DNA of 64,000 bases from Kudoa neothunni (lineage: Eukaryota; Animalia; Cnidaria), in contig OZ199838.1 in the NCBI GenBank assembly GCA_964304625.1, forward strand, positions 7,272,035-7,336,034, written 5' to 3'. Both the position numbers and the translations under genes were made by a program. Position 1 is the first letter of the stretch. Each line of letters begins with the position of its first letter. Under the pieces are notes generated by a model. The model was not told where the DNA came from and ran no database searches. It saw nothing but the letters and a program-made list of their open reading frames with translations. Below are positions 53,326 to 64,000 of the stretch, in pieces.

Positions 53326-54526
53326 CAGCAGGCAACCGATATTACGCAATTTTTTCGGTCCAACCACGTAGATTGATTTTTTTTATGGGGATGAGGGTGA
53401 GATTTTCATTCTTACGGTTGAATTTTTGAAAGAATAGAAAAGTGTTTTGAGATATCCTGAAAAAATGATAATTTCGTGAAAACGAAAGTAGAATAAATTT
53501 TATTTCAAGGCAATGTTGGTTGACAATTAAAGAATGATATAGATGCACATAACTAAAGATTATAAGATTAAAATATTTCGTTCATATTGTGCTAAAAAAT
53601 GAATAAGAAATATTATTTATAATTTTTTAGAACAGACTATTCACTAAATTTTATTCCAGTGTAAACAGATGCAAATATTTTACCAATGAATATGATTAAA
53701 ACAAAAATTACGGATTGTTTTTCAGCCAAATTATCTTAATAATGTTTTTTTTGTTATTTTAATTCGATAAAAGATGTAAAACCACGCTGAAAAATAAAGA
53801 AAACACAAAAAAAACGACCGCGCACGCAGTTAGTGCGTATTATTGGTTGCGTATAGTATTAAAATTTAAGCTAATACCGTGGGTAACGTGCGGTTTCGTA
53901 GTGACGTGTAGTCCGTAATTTGAGAAATTATTACTTAATTAACGTACACATGAGACTATGACAATTTATTTATTTCTCCGACTATTTAAAACCATTTATT
54001 TGACCATTAAAGAAATACAACAAAAATATTCTTAAATAAAATAATTATGTTTTTTTAGGGATTATTTTGTAGTGACGTGTAGTGCGTAACTTTTCCGGTG
54101 CGTTGAGATTTTTGTTTTTGATAGGTGGCGAAATGAAGGACAGAAATAAAAATTGAGTTAAGGCATTAAAAGAGAAATATGAAATAATAAAGTTTGCCCA
54201 AAAACCAGCGAAGACATAGAGCAGAAACATTATTTTATTCAAACTTGCCTCCCCCATTTGTATGATTTAAGACATTACTTGAAATAGTTATAAACATCAA
54301 ACGGATATTGAATGAAAGTACACAATATGTCTGTCAGAAAACTTAAAAATATTACTATAAACTTAGCAATTTCCTCAAAAATATTTTACCATTGTAGTTG
54401 ATTGATACTTTTCCCTCCCTAGTATCGCGCGCGCAATCTTAGAAACCACGAACCACGCGTATTGTACGTGTGGTTCGGAATTTTTTGTTGGCTCCAATGG
54501 GATTACGAACTATCCGTCACCCATTG
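53326..54526. mobile_element. Possible old pogo-like non-autonomous element
   Basis: Weak TA-flanked TIRs (CAGCAGGCAACCGATA vs TATCCGTCACCCATTG). Internal direct repeat GTAGTGACGTGTAGT(C/G)CGTAA at about 53898 and 54069. Confidence 0.4.
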
Positions 54527-54699
54527 TATCTAGAAATCCGGAGTAGTTACTAAACTAAAAATAAACTCAAATAATAATATACATGACGCTACATCATTAG
54601 CTAGTTGGTAGGTGGAATTAAGATATCAAAATAATTTATGCTTGTGTTCAAATAATATCAATTATAATTTTTAGTAATAATAATTTTTGAAGTTTTATT

Positions 54700-57520
54700 T
54701 AATTAAGATTTTTTGATAGTAATTCATTGCAAATATTTAATTATTTATTCTACTTTTCAAGAAGGATATCGACACAAATACCCCATTTTTTAAAACAAGA
54801 CCGCATTCCCAAAGATGCCTAGATAGGTCTTCTTTAAATAAAAACTAATCAAGAGTTCGAGCACATTATCGAACAAATTATTTCGGGCATTTATTTCGTA
54901 GCCAGTAATTATAATGGTAATACATTTACTTACATGGATAAATAATTATACGACAATAGGTGGAAATTATGACAATAATGACCATGTATAATAAACAGAA
55001 AATAAATTCACATTAACATCAATTTATCACATGAAAAATTTCAACAAGCATACGAAATAAGAGAACAATAGTCGTCAAGATCGAGTAGCAAGTGTAATCG
55101 ATCCCATTTATGCTTGGAACCCATCCAATTATATATTAGGTACAATATTATGAGAAATTATTCCATTAGTTTAAGATTTACCATTGCAAACTAAAAGATA
55201 AAGCACGAACAAATGTTTTCTTGTAAGTAACAATAATCGTACGAGTTATTTATTAATTTGTCATCAACGAGGAAATTAATCTTCACGTTCGGATTTTTGA
55301 AGCAGAAAACTAATCCAACATAAGAATTAAGAAGTCGGGTGATATCTTTCCGAAGAATTCGTCAAAGTAGTCGATTTCTAATAAATTGATTCTACGACAT
55401 GACGACTCAACCAAAACAATCCGATCCCTTGAAAATTTAAAGGAAATTTTTCAAAATATTTAACGAAAATTATTCACAGGCTTAAAAAGTCACATGACTT
55501 ACGTATCAGCAAGAATAAATTCCTTTAAATACATTAGTTCTATGATGAATGTTAATCAATACTTATAATTTATGTTATCTTTCACAGTTAAGATTAACTT
55601 TTGAATTATCTTAGTCTAAATTATTCAATGAAATAATTCCTAGTAATAATGATTATTTGATCGATACATATTTACCAATCTTTATTATTGTGAATGGTTC
55701 AATTTTAAAATTATCAAATTTAAAGCCAAATAATCGATTTCAAATTAATATACATAATTATTCACAAGGTAGTTGAAATAAGATTAGATAAGAGTATTAA
55801 GTTCCCATATCAATAAAAGAATAGATAAAGTGTGAAATATATACAACATATCACAATTAGAAAATACTCATTTATTTTCACCCCGAATGCTTATCACACC
55901 TCTATCGGAGGGGCGAATTTGAATATCAAAGTGAAGTCACAACACAAAAGTGATAAAAACGCATTTAAATAAAATTCACTTCATTACTTAGGTAAAACTT
56001 CATGATCGGTTTTACACAGTTTTTATAAAATGAAACACCCTTATTAATTATTATGAGTGTAGCCAGCATAAAAATTACCTGCTTTGCCCTTCAAAATTAA
56101 GGGAACCTATATTATAAAAATATAGGATTTCTAAAACCAAGAAATCTCGTGGAAATGTGTCTGAAAGCAAACTAAAAATTTTAATCGAAGTATTATATTC
56201 CATAGTTTCAGGATGATCAACTATAATCGATAAATGCATACAAACAAACAAAAACAAAGATACAGTTCCTAAAGACGATTTCTTTCAAAAAATTGAACCC
56301 ATTCTTATTTATTTCGGTTGCTTCTTGTGATGCTTTTATGAGCTCTAATTCTAAGCGTTCCAAATCAATTTTACCGCTTGCAAAATCGATATAAATTTTA
56401 GCCACCTAAGATAAAAATAAGTGTTAGAATTAAAATTTCCTAAAAATACTAATGAAAATAAGGATTTCGGTTTCGAGGATAACATTCTTGATAAATTCCT
56501 TTTGGCCGACCGAAAATCACGGTTATGAATGGCAGCTACATTGAAGTGTTCAAAGGAATTATCATATAACCGTATATAACCCAAAATAGTTTCGTAAAGT
56601 AGCTGGGACATTATCTAAAGATTGAACCAATTTTCCAATTGAAGTGCCTAAGTTAACCGTTTTTAAATTGGTACTTTGCGCACGCTCTCCTATTAGGAAT
56701 ACGGTTTCGCCCTGTTTATAGTGTACACGAACCGCTTGATTGCCGTAAAATACACTCCCTCATATGTTAAAAATTAATGATCTGAGATCAAAAATATAAC
56801 ATTTTACTTTCAATGTACATACGAAACGTAAAGGTAGCGGATTTAAATTCCGCACGTGTCATAATATTGTTTAACGTTCAGCCTGAGATTTTCACCAATA
56901 AACCCTAGATTTTGGAGTCTACAACGCTAAATTCTATTAGTAATCTCATTTATAATTAGGAATGTATTTATCGATTAAAATCGGCGAAATTCAATTTTCA
57001 CCGTCAAGAACCTCAATAAGTTTTAATTTTAAATTTTACCGATCAGTCGCGGATATCTTCGTTAGGTAGGTGGGATTGGCTGAGGGAAATCTATCTTATT
57101 TTTACTTTTTATCGTGATGGCGGATAAATAATTGGTGATTGTTTAATTTTCAACTTCTACAACATAAGCACATCGCCTGAACAAAAAAGTTGTCATGAGT
57201 CCTCAGTTTTAAAAACATATTTCGATAAAATTTTTGTTTGAAAAAGCTAAAACGTTTCTAACCAAACTATACTTAGATAAAGATAATTATAGTTTTGTGT
57301 CTGATGTTAATTATGGTGGATATCCATTTTCATTAGATTATCGAAGAAGTGAATTGCGGGCATTTTTATTGACTATTGGTGAGCATCTCGAACTTTACAA
57401 ATAATTTTTCATCGATGGACAATTATTTGTTGTCTTTTTTGATAGGTTTTTTTTGTTAAATCCACTCATTATGAAGGATACCTATCTCTCTTTCTCGCGG
57501 TATCTCCTGATTTCGCAGAT
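54700..57520 (-). CDS. Cluster of probable host-gene exons (possibly the upstream part of the 42-45 kb gene)
   Basis: Same-strand short ORFs 56351-56611, 56217-56405 and 56075-56257 overlap across AT-rich intron-like spacers. No transposase motifs. Confidence 0.4.
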
Positions 57521-57733
57521 GGTCCATTAGTAACATATTTTTAAAATTATTGGCATTAAAAAGTTGTAGCTGAAACTGAATAATGTTTAATTCCACGTTA
57601 TAAATAAATGTGACGCCATAATAGGTGTTTGGATTACAGAAGAAAATACGATCCGATTTGAAATAAATGTATGGCTATCTGTCTGGCTCATCCTCGTAGT
57701 ACGAATGGTATTTTAAGATCTTATGTAATGTAC

Positions 57734-57855
57734 TGTAGCGGATGAGGATCGAACCCGTGATCCTCGAGCTAAAAGTGGCGGGGCCTTACCACTTAGACTA
57801 TGGTCCATAGCGCACTTGAAGTTAGGCGCTACTCTATCTATGTGGATGCGCCACA
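57734..57855 (-). mobile_element. 122-bp solo-LTR-like unit containing a tRNA-like sequence
   Basis: Termini TGTAGCG...CGCCACA, GTAC duplicated on both sides. Minus-strand A box TAGTCTAAGTGG and B box GGTTCGATCC. Confidence 0.7.
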
Positions 57856-58277
57856 GTACCTAATCAAATTATACGATTTTTTAAAATTATTTATAATGTA
57901 ACAATAGAAACGATACACAGTCTATTACGATTGTTGCGCATACAGATATCTCACACTTTGTAAAACAATTATAGAAATTGAAAATTAACCAGGAAATTAT
58001 AAATTACGCAAGTTAATAATACACAATAAATACATTTAAGAAAAATTGTGGAAAAATGTTTTTTATATAACTGATATTCATTGTACACCAAAATTTGAAC
58101 AAAAATTGTTTATAATTAAAGGCCGATATTTTCGATTAAAATCGAGATAATTCGTTGATTATTTTGCGTCTACTTATGGGAAAAAATGGAAAACGGATTG
58201 ACAATTATATAGCCGAATAAACAGGTTTAAATGAGGACAATGTCCCCCCAAAATATACCAAAATTCGCTATCATCGA

Positions 58278-60337
58278 TGTAGCGCGAGAGAAACACCAGT
58301 CTCAATTCTACAATAATCCGCCGTGCGTACCCATCGCTGACGTGGCTTCGCCACATATGCCCCCCTTTTATTTTGTTATATATAATAATCATTTAGCCAC
58401 TTGGGTGCTTTAGAAATGCGGCAGCTGCGCTTCTTAACTCTTGCGTCTGGGTCCATATACGGAAGGGTATTGTTCTGATGTGTTTTCCTTACATTTCCAT
58501 TATCATCATAGGTCATAGTGGTACCATTTTTGGACAGTATTTTGAAGGGGCCTAAGAAACGTTTTGACAAGGCGCTTTTACCTGACTGACTTTTAGTTAA
58601 AATTAGATTTGGCGTTTTCTCTTTTGCGATTGTTTTCCTATCATAACCACTTTTTTGTTTGCGTTGCGCTTTTCGAATATTGGAATGCGTCATTCTCATC
58701 ATTTTCCTCATTGAATTTTGTAGTTCTATGGCATAGGTTTCATACTTTTGGCTGTATTTATTCTCTAGAGGTTGGAGAAAGGTATCCGTGATTGAGCTTA
58801 GGTTTCTCCCGTACGTGAGCATGGCTGGAGTGTAAGCAGTACTGGCGCTAACGGTATTACGAAGTGTAAACAAGCATAATGGAAGAGCATCGTCCCATTG
58901 AAGAGATTTGGAATTGCACATTATTCTTATTTTTTCTTTGAGGCTTTTCACGTATCTCTCAGCCAATCCATTCCCTTCTGGGTGATATGGGGTGGAACTA
59001 GTATGAGAAATACCTAATCTTCTGCAGGTCGCGTTAAACAACTCAGATTCGAATTGGGTGCCACAATCCGTATGAATTGACTTGGGTATACCGTGGCGTG
59101 TCACAACCAAATTCAACAACTCTTTTGTAGTGGGGAGGGCGGACATATTGGGTAAGGCAGCAGCTTCCAGCCATTTTGTGAATCTATCAACAAAAATAAG
59201 TATGTATTTATTACCTGAGCTAGATTCAGGGAAGGGTCCAATGAAATCTGCATGCCAATCGGTAGCAGGACCGTTGCATCTTATCGGCGTCAGTGGTTGC
59301 TTTTTCTCATTCATCCCATATTTGTTTTGCTTACAGATTAAGCAGTTACCAACAAACGCCTTAACATCATCGGTGAGTGTTAACCAAAAAAAATTCCGTC
59401 TGATCCTTTCTTCTGTGTTCCGCTGACCACCATGGATAGTGTCTTCCTCATGAATTTTCCTAATGATCGGAATTTGAAGTTCCTTTGGCAATACCAGTAG
59501 CTTTCCACGTCGAGAATTGTGATATAACACGTCATTTTCCACCTCTAATTTCGCAATACGGTGATACAATTTATTGCAGATAGCGGTTCCTCTACATGTC
59601 GTCGCAGTGTGTTTTGTGCCTCCACATTTGGTGCAACCGTATTTTGTGTAGTTAGATAGGCTTTTTGTATTGTTCACAGTTGTTCTTGCCGAGATAGATG
59701 CTAACTCATCAGCATGGCGGTCTGTAATATCTAGTGGTTGGGTATTGTTCAAGAATGATTGGGTTTTTTCAATTAGTTGGAAAATATCAGCGCTATCCAC
59801 CAGTTTAAGATATGCTCGGGTCTGTTTAGGAACGCATTCATATATTTTCGGTTTTATGAAAAATTCGGCATCATCAACCGTGGCATTTGGTCTTGCGGCT
59901 CTGAACAAGTGGAGGATTCGTTGATAGAAATCTAGCACACTTTCATTTAGTTTAATGGAAGCACGGCTGAATTCATCAAAGTAGGCTTCTTTCGATTTTA
60001 ATCTGCTAGCGTAGGATTTGACGTTATTGTTCAATATCAACAGCATTTGGCTGTAGTCCGTAATGGTAATGTCGACTCCAGTAGGTGGTTTTAGTGTTTC
60101 TCTTGAGTGACGTGGCAACGCGAGTAATGTTGCGGCATAAAGTTGTCTCTCATTCCAACCTTTGGAAATTGCATAGAGTTGTAATTCCTCCAATTGTTGG
60201 TCAATGTTCCCATCAAAGTTTATTTTTAGAGGTACTTCGTTGTTTACCTCTGACACCATTGTAGCGCGAGAGAAACACCAGTCTCAATTCTACAATAATC
60301 CGCCGTGCGTACCCATCGCTGACGTGGCTTCGCCACA
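58278..60337 (-). mobile_element. Miniature Gypsy-type LTR element (2060 bp)
   Basis: Identical 78-bp LTRs (58278-58355 and 60260-60337), 5-bp TSD ATCGA. PBS TGGTGTCAGAGG next to the 5' LTR, PPT AAAAGGGGGG next to the 3' LTR. Confidence 0.95.
58376..60259 (-). CDS. Gag-integrase fusion protein (627 aa) lacking PR, RT and RNase H
   Basis: Capsid-like region (ESVLDFYQRI), CCHC knuckle CTKCGGTKHTATTC, then integrase HHCC (IH..H..CLIC) and DDE core WHADFIGP / HTDCGTQF / GLAERYV. Confidence 0.9.
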   Translation of the reverse strand: MVSEVNNEVPLKINFDGNIDQQLEELQLYAISKGWNERQLYAATLLALPRHSRETLKPPTGVDITITDYSQMLLILNNNVKSYASRLKSKEAYFDEFSRASIKLNESVLDFYQRILHLFRAARPNATVDDAEFFIKPKIYECVPKQTRAYLKLVDSADIFQLIEKTQSFLNNTQPLDITDRHADELASISARTTVNNTKSLSNYTKYGCTKCGGTKHTATTCRGTAICNKLYHRIAKLEVENDVLYHNSRRGKLLVLPKELQIPIIRKIHEEDTIHGGQRNTEERIRRNFFWLTLTDDVKAFVGNCLICKQNKYGMNEKKQPLTPIRCNGPATDWHADFIGPFPESSSGNKYILIFVDRFTKWLEAAALPNMSALPTTKELLNLVVTRHGIPKSIHTDCGTQFESELFNATCRRLGISHTSSTPYHPEGNGLAERYVKSLKEKIRIMCNSKSLQWDDALPLCLFTLRNTVSASTAYTPAMLTYGRNLSSITDTFLQPLENKYSQKYETYAIELQNSMRKMMRMTHSNIRKAQRKQKSGYDRKTIAKEKTPNLILTKSQSGKSALSKRFLGPFKILSKNGTTMTYDDNGNVRKTHQNNTLPYMDPDARVKKRSCRISKAPKWLNDYYI

Positions 60338-61592
60338 ATCGATCATCGAGAATTCCACAACAAGAGTTGTTGAAGCTTTCACTACATAGAAATGATAAAA
60401 TGATAGGTCCTGGATTTGAAGAATAAACAAATCAAACTGTTTCATATTGTCTAGAGGGGTAATGGTATAATGTGTAGCTCCCAAAATAAAGCCTGTTACG
60501 CAACTCTAACCTTCCCGATTTTATTAAAAATTGAATTGTCGCGATTTTAAAATATGGGAAAACCATAAGGTGGCTTCAAATTACAATTATAAAATTTTCG
60601 CATTAATATTCGTTCGGCTCATATCGAGACTTACGCTCTAGAATGCGCATGCAACATTGGTGTAGCTTTTTACTTGTAATTTACCTAATAATGAATTTTT
60701 TCCTTAAGTTTCGTTAAATTATTATTTTTTCATTATATGTTTACCTCGTTGTAGTAGGTTTTGATAGGAATTAGCATTGTTATGAATGGAGAATATGTAA
60801 AATCAATTAATACTTTTATTGTTTTCTAATGTTATCTAAATTTATAATTTTAATAAAATTTAAGTTATCTTGTGAATCGCTGGTTCAATATATAAGAATA
60901 AATGGTGTGTACTTAATTTTCATACTCATCGCAATTAAAAACATAAAACTCACGGTTTTTAATGTATAAACTATAATAATAGAAATTTGGAGAATGCAAT
61001 GATTTCTGGTTAGCGCGTTGTTAGACCAACTCCGCATCATGATGGTAATCAAGGGTCATCGCCAATTTTACAATTTACTGCTTGATAACGAAAAAACTAG
61101 CGAAATTCGTAGTCGAGAAAAATTTACTCCGAAGCCCCGGCAAATGAAAAAGTTGTCGTAGGCTAGGCGTAATTCGTTAAAAATAAATAATATAAAGATA
61201 AGAATAAATAATAATTCATCTTCCAAAGATTGAAACCAAATTGTCGACAAATTTATACATATATGCTCAAAGTGTACCCAAATATCTATTGGATTCGTAT
61301 CCACATGAAGAATGGTTACGATCAATTTACAAGGATTATCGGGAATTTTTAGATTATATTCATAACAAGATACTCACCTTATACCAGAGTGACTAGCATT
61401 TAACCATTAATTAAAATAAGATTTTGTTTGTTTTCAATATCTTGTTTATTTGCATGCAGTAGACCGCTATTAACCCTTATAGGACAACGCTGGGCCCCAC
61501 GAGCCCGCCCACGTGATACATCGTCAATTACTTAGGTTAGACCAATTTTTTGTCGTTTCAAATTTCACGTAAATTCATCAAAATTAATTATC

Positions 61593-62642
61593 GGCTAAAT
61601 TACAGTGACCGTGCATCCAATCGAAAAAAAATGAAACACGTAAAATGTCGGAAAAATGAATTTTTACTACTTAAAAACCATTATATATTTAAATAAAGTC
61701 GATTATTCTTTTCCGCTATATTTTCTTCGAAACATGAAATCAACAACATAGTTGGAAAGTGTTTCTGGGGTTTTATTTGTGGCGTTTCTATATTTTCTTT
61801 TAAAAGCCCCCCAGCTTCTATTTTGTTAGTGTGGATCCCCTCAATGGAAACAAACCTTCTTTTATGGATCATGGTACCGTGAACAAAACCTAGATCCTTC
61901 AAACTGTTGTAACTTTTCCAACCATCAGTCCAAATAGTTGACTCTTCCTCTACATTCTCAATAATTATTCTTTCTAGAATATCCCTATTTCTTTTTTGTG
62001 TTATTTTCAAAAAGAAATTTCCGTCTTCGTCTATTCCACCCACCATCCAATACTGTTGATTTCGAAGAATTCTTCCAACATTGAACTTCCTTTTTGATAT
62101 GGCGGTCTCATCTATTTGTACTACAACACCCTTCCCGCCTATTTTAGAAAATTCCTCATCTAGTTTAGATGCCATAAAATCTGTAATGACGTTTTTCCAA
62201 TCATTTATGGTGGAGTTTGAAGAAAATTTAGTGTGTTTACGAATATCATCGTACGTCATTGTTGGATGTTGGATTACCGTTATTATAAAAATAAAAATTT
62301 TCCACAAAAAAGTCGAGAAATTTGAAAAATAGTTCCTTTTCGTATCGACGTTTTTTTGTTGCATGAAATACATTTGTATTGATAACCATCATCAGCGTCT
62401 TTTCTCTTAACTAGAAACATTTGACCGCCACAAAAACATTTTGAATAACTCTTCATAAGACCCATATTTTGCATTGTTTTTATTGTGTATTCAAGGTCAT
62501 CGCGAAAATAACCATGATCCAAGTTTGTAATCTCATCAATATTCTCTAACGTAAATATTTTTTTGTTTGATTACATCGTGTTAGAAAGAATCGAGACCTC
62601 CCGAAAATCTCCGATTGGATGTACGGTCGGTGTAATTTAGCC
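61593..62642 (-). mobile_element. Merlin (ISXO2-like) transposon with a frameshifted transposase
   Basis: About 31-bp TIR GGCTAAATTACA..GACCGT.CATCCAATCG. N-terminal zinc ribbon CFCG..CISC..SIRKGTIF, then VQIDET, KFNVGR, WTDGWKSY, IHTNKIE. Confidence 0.9.
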
Positions 62643-64000
62643 AAATATTTTGCATAATGACAATTTTGCACCATAAAAAAGGATCTTATCTTAGTTTAAA
62701 CCCGTTTCTTTCATTGATAAGTCCGAAACGCACGGTCATCCATTATGTTAAATTGTTTCAATGCCATAACTTGGTGACATTGGCCACAATCCCTCGTTTT
62801 AGGAATCAACTCAACATGTAAATTTCTATAAATTTTTATTCCAATTTTCAAACTTACAAACAGCTTCTAGAAGCCAATCGCCAGTGAATGAGAAAGACAA
62901 ACGCATATTTCCGGTCAATTCACGAAAACACGCGACTGGCGCCGAAAAGTGTCATTATACCATACTTTAGCCAAGGTTCTTCCCTATACTCTATTATTGA
63001 TCAAAAATTTCTATGCCATGTCAAACTATTCCTAGTGTCCATTTAGTTAACACCAACTTCACGTTTTACCGAAGATTATAAATCCGCCAATTATTTCGGT
63101 AAATAATCCTACGGATTAGAATGCCATTTTTTAGGCCTTGCTTATTTAAGGTGCCACGTTAGACAGCAATTTATGCCTTATCAAAAATTATTAGCTTCTA
63201 TTTATTTTCATAGTTTATAACTTGATTCGGGTGTATTAACTGCTTTAAATGAACGCGTTTAGTTCAGAGAGATATGTTAACTCCATTGCGAGTATAGCAT
63301 TAATCCACGCTACAACGCAACGAAGGTTAGTGAATATAGAGTGACATTTGAGCGAGTTAGGTATGGCTGAAAATTTAGAGAACCAGGAAGAATCTCTCGA
63401 TCAAGAGATACTTGACTTTTTAGATAAATATCCTGACGATTTCTTTGATACCATCTATCCGTAGATAATTTTGTTGTTGTTATCAGTTGTTGATCATAGT
63501 TGTTTAGTTCCAGAGCTAAAAGCCTTTGTATTTACGATACTGATTTGAAAACTTTTACCATTCCCGATCCTAAGGTATGATTTTCAATATTAATCAAATA
63601 AATTATTTGTGGATCTACACGATATTTCATTATTTGCGTTAATGATTCCAATGATATGTATTTTATATTCTAGACACAAAAAGCATGTGATAATTAAAAA
63701 TTATTTATTTTTATCAAACACAAACATTATTTTTCAGTAAATTTAACGATCCACTCCAATGTCGATATCTATTCATTTATTGAGGATATAATTAAGGGGC
63801 CCGTAATTAAAAAATTTCGACCTAATCACCCAAAAAATTATCATCCAATGGAAATATTATATTTGATATTAAAAGTAAACTTGGTCATTGCATTTGGCTA
63901 TATTAATAATCATTAAAGAATCATGTTGAATTAGCGAGTCGATATCGGGAGCATGATATTCTTGAACCAATGGAATCCATGGTTGTATGTCGTTGATACT

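Noticed and set aside
57737-57806. Functional tRNA gene
   Set aside because: A and B boxes are present, but the acceptor and T stems do not pair and the sequence is embedded in a TG...CA unit with a TSD.
59082-59924. Plus-strand ORFs antisense to the Gag-integrase gene, and similar antisense ORFs elsewhere
   Set aside because: Shadow ORFs of real coding sequence, with no independent motifs.
58376-60259. Ginger-type DNA transposon or domesticated integrase gene
   Set aside because: It is bounded by direct LTRs with PBS, PPT and a 5-bp TSD and retains Gag, which are retrotransposon hallmarks.
61470-61510. TTAA|CCC piggyBac-like terminus
   Set aside because: No partner TIR or transposase sequence found in the window.

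Overview
AT-rich eukaryotic genomic DNA with very short GT-AG introns (38-55 nt where I could define them). It is not prokaryotic. The style resembles a compact-intron invertebrate parasite such as a myxozoan, but that is inference only. Most of the window is decayed, often nested transposons: four piggyBac, four hAT (Buster, ZNF862-like, Ac-like, SPIN/GTF2IRD2-like) plus hAT MITEs, two MULE, two Merlin, several pogo/Tigger, a Tc1/IS630 derivative, probable Helitron pieces and a tRNA-derived SINE. Host genes are two highly diverged minus-strand Brambleberry/GEX1/Kar5-family nuclear-fusion genes (about 9.5-10.9 kb and 22.7-24.7 kb) and a long multi-exon minus-strand gene (about 42-45 kb, probably extending further right) that tentatively resembles Rod/KNTC1. 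Three items stand out. (1) A 2060-bp, apparently young Gypsy-type element with identical 78-bp LTRs encodes one intact Gag-integrase fusion with no protease, RT or RNase H. (2) A neighbouring 122-bp TG...CA solo-LTR-like unit has the same termini and carries a tRNA-like Pol III promoter. (3) The karyogamy gene is duplicated. All family calls come from motif recognition by eye; no searches were run.
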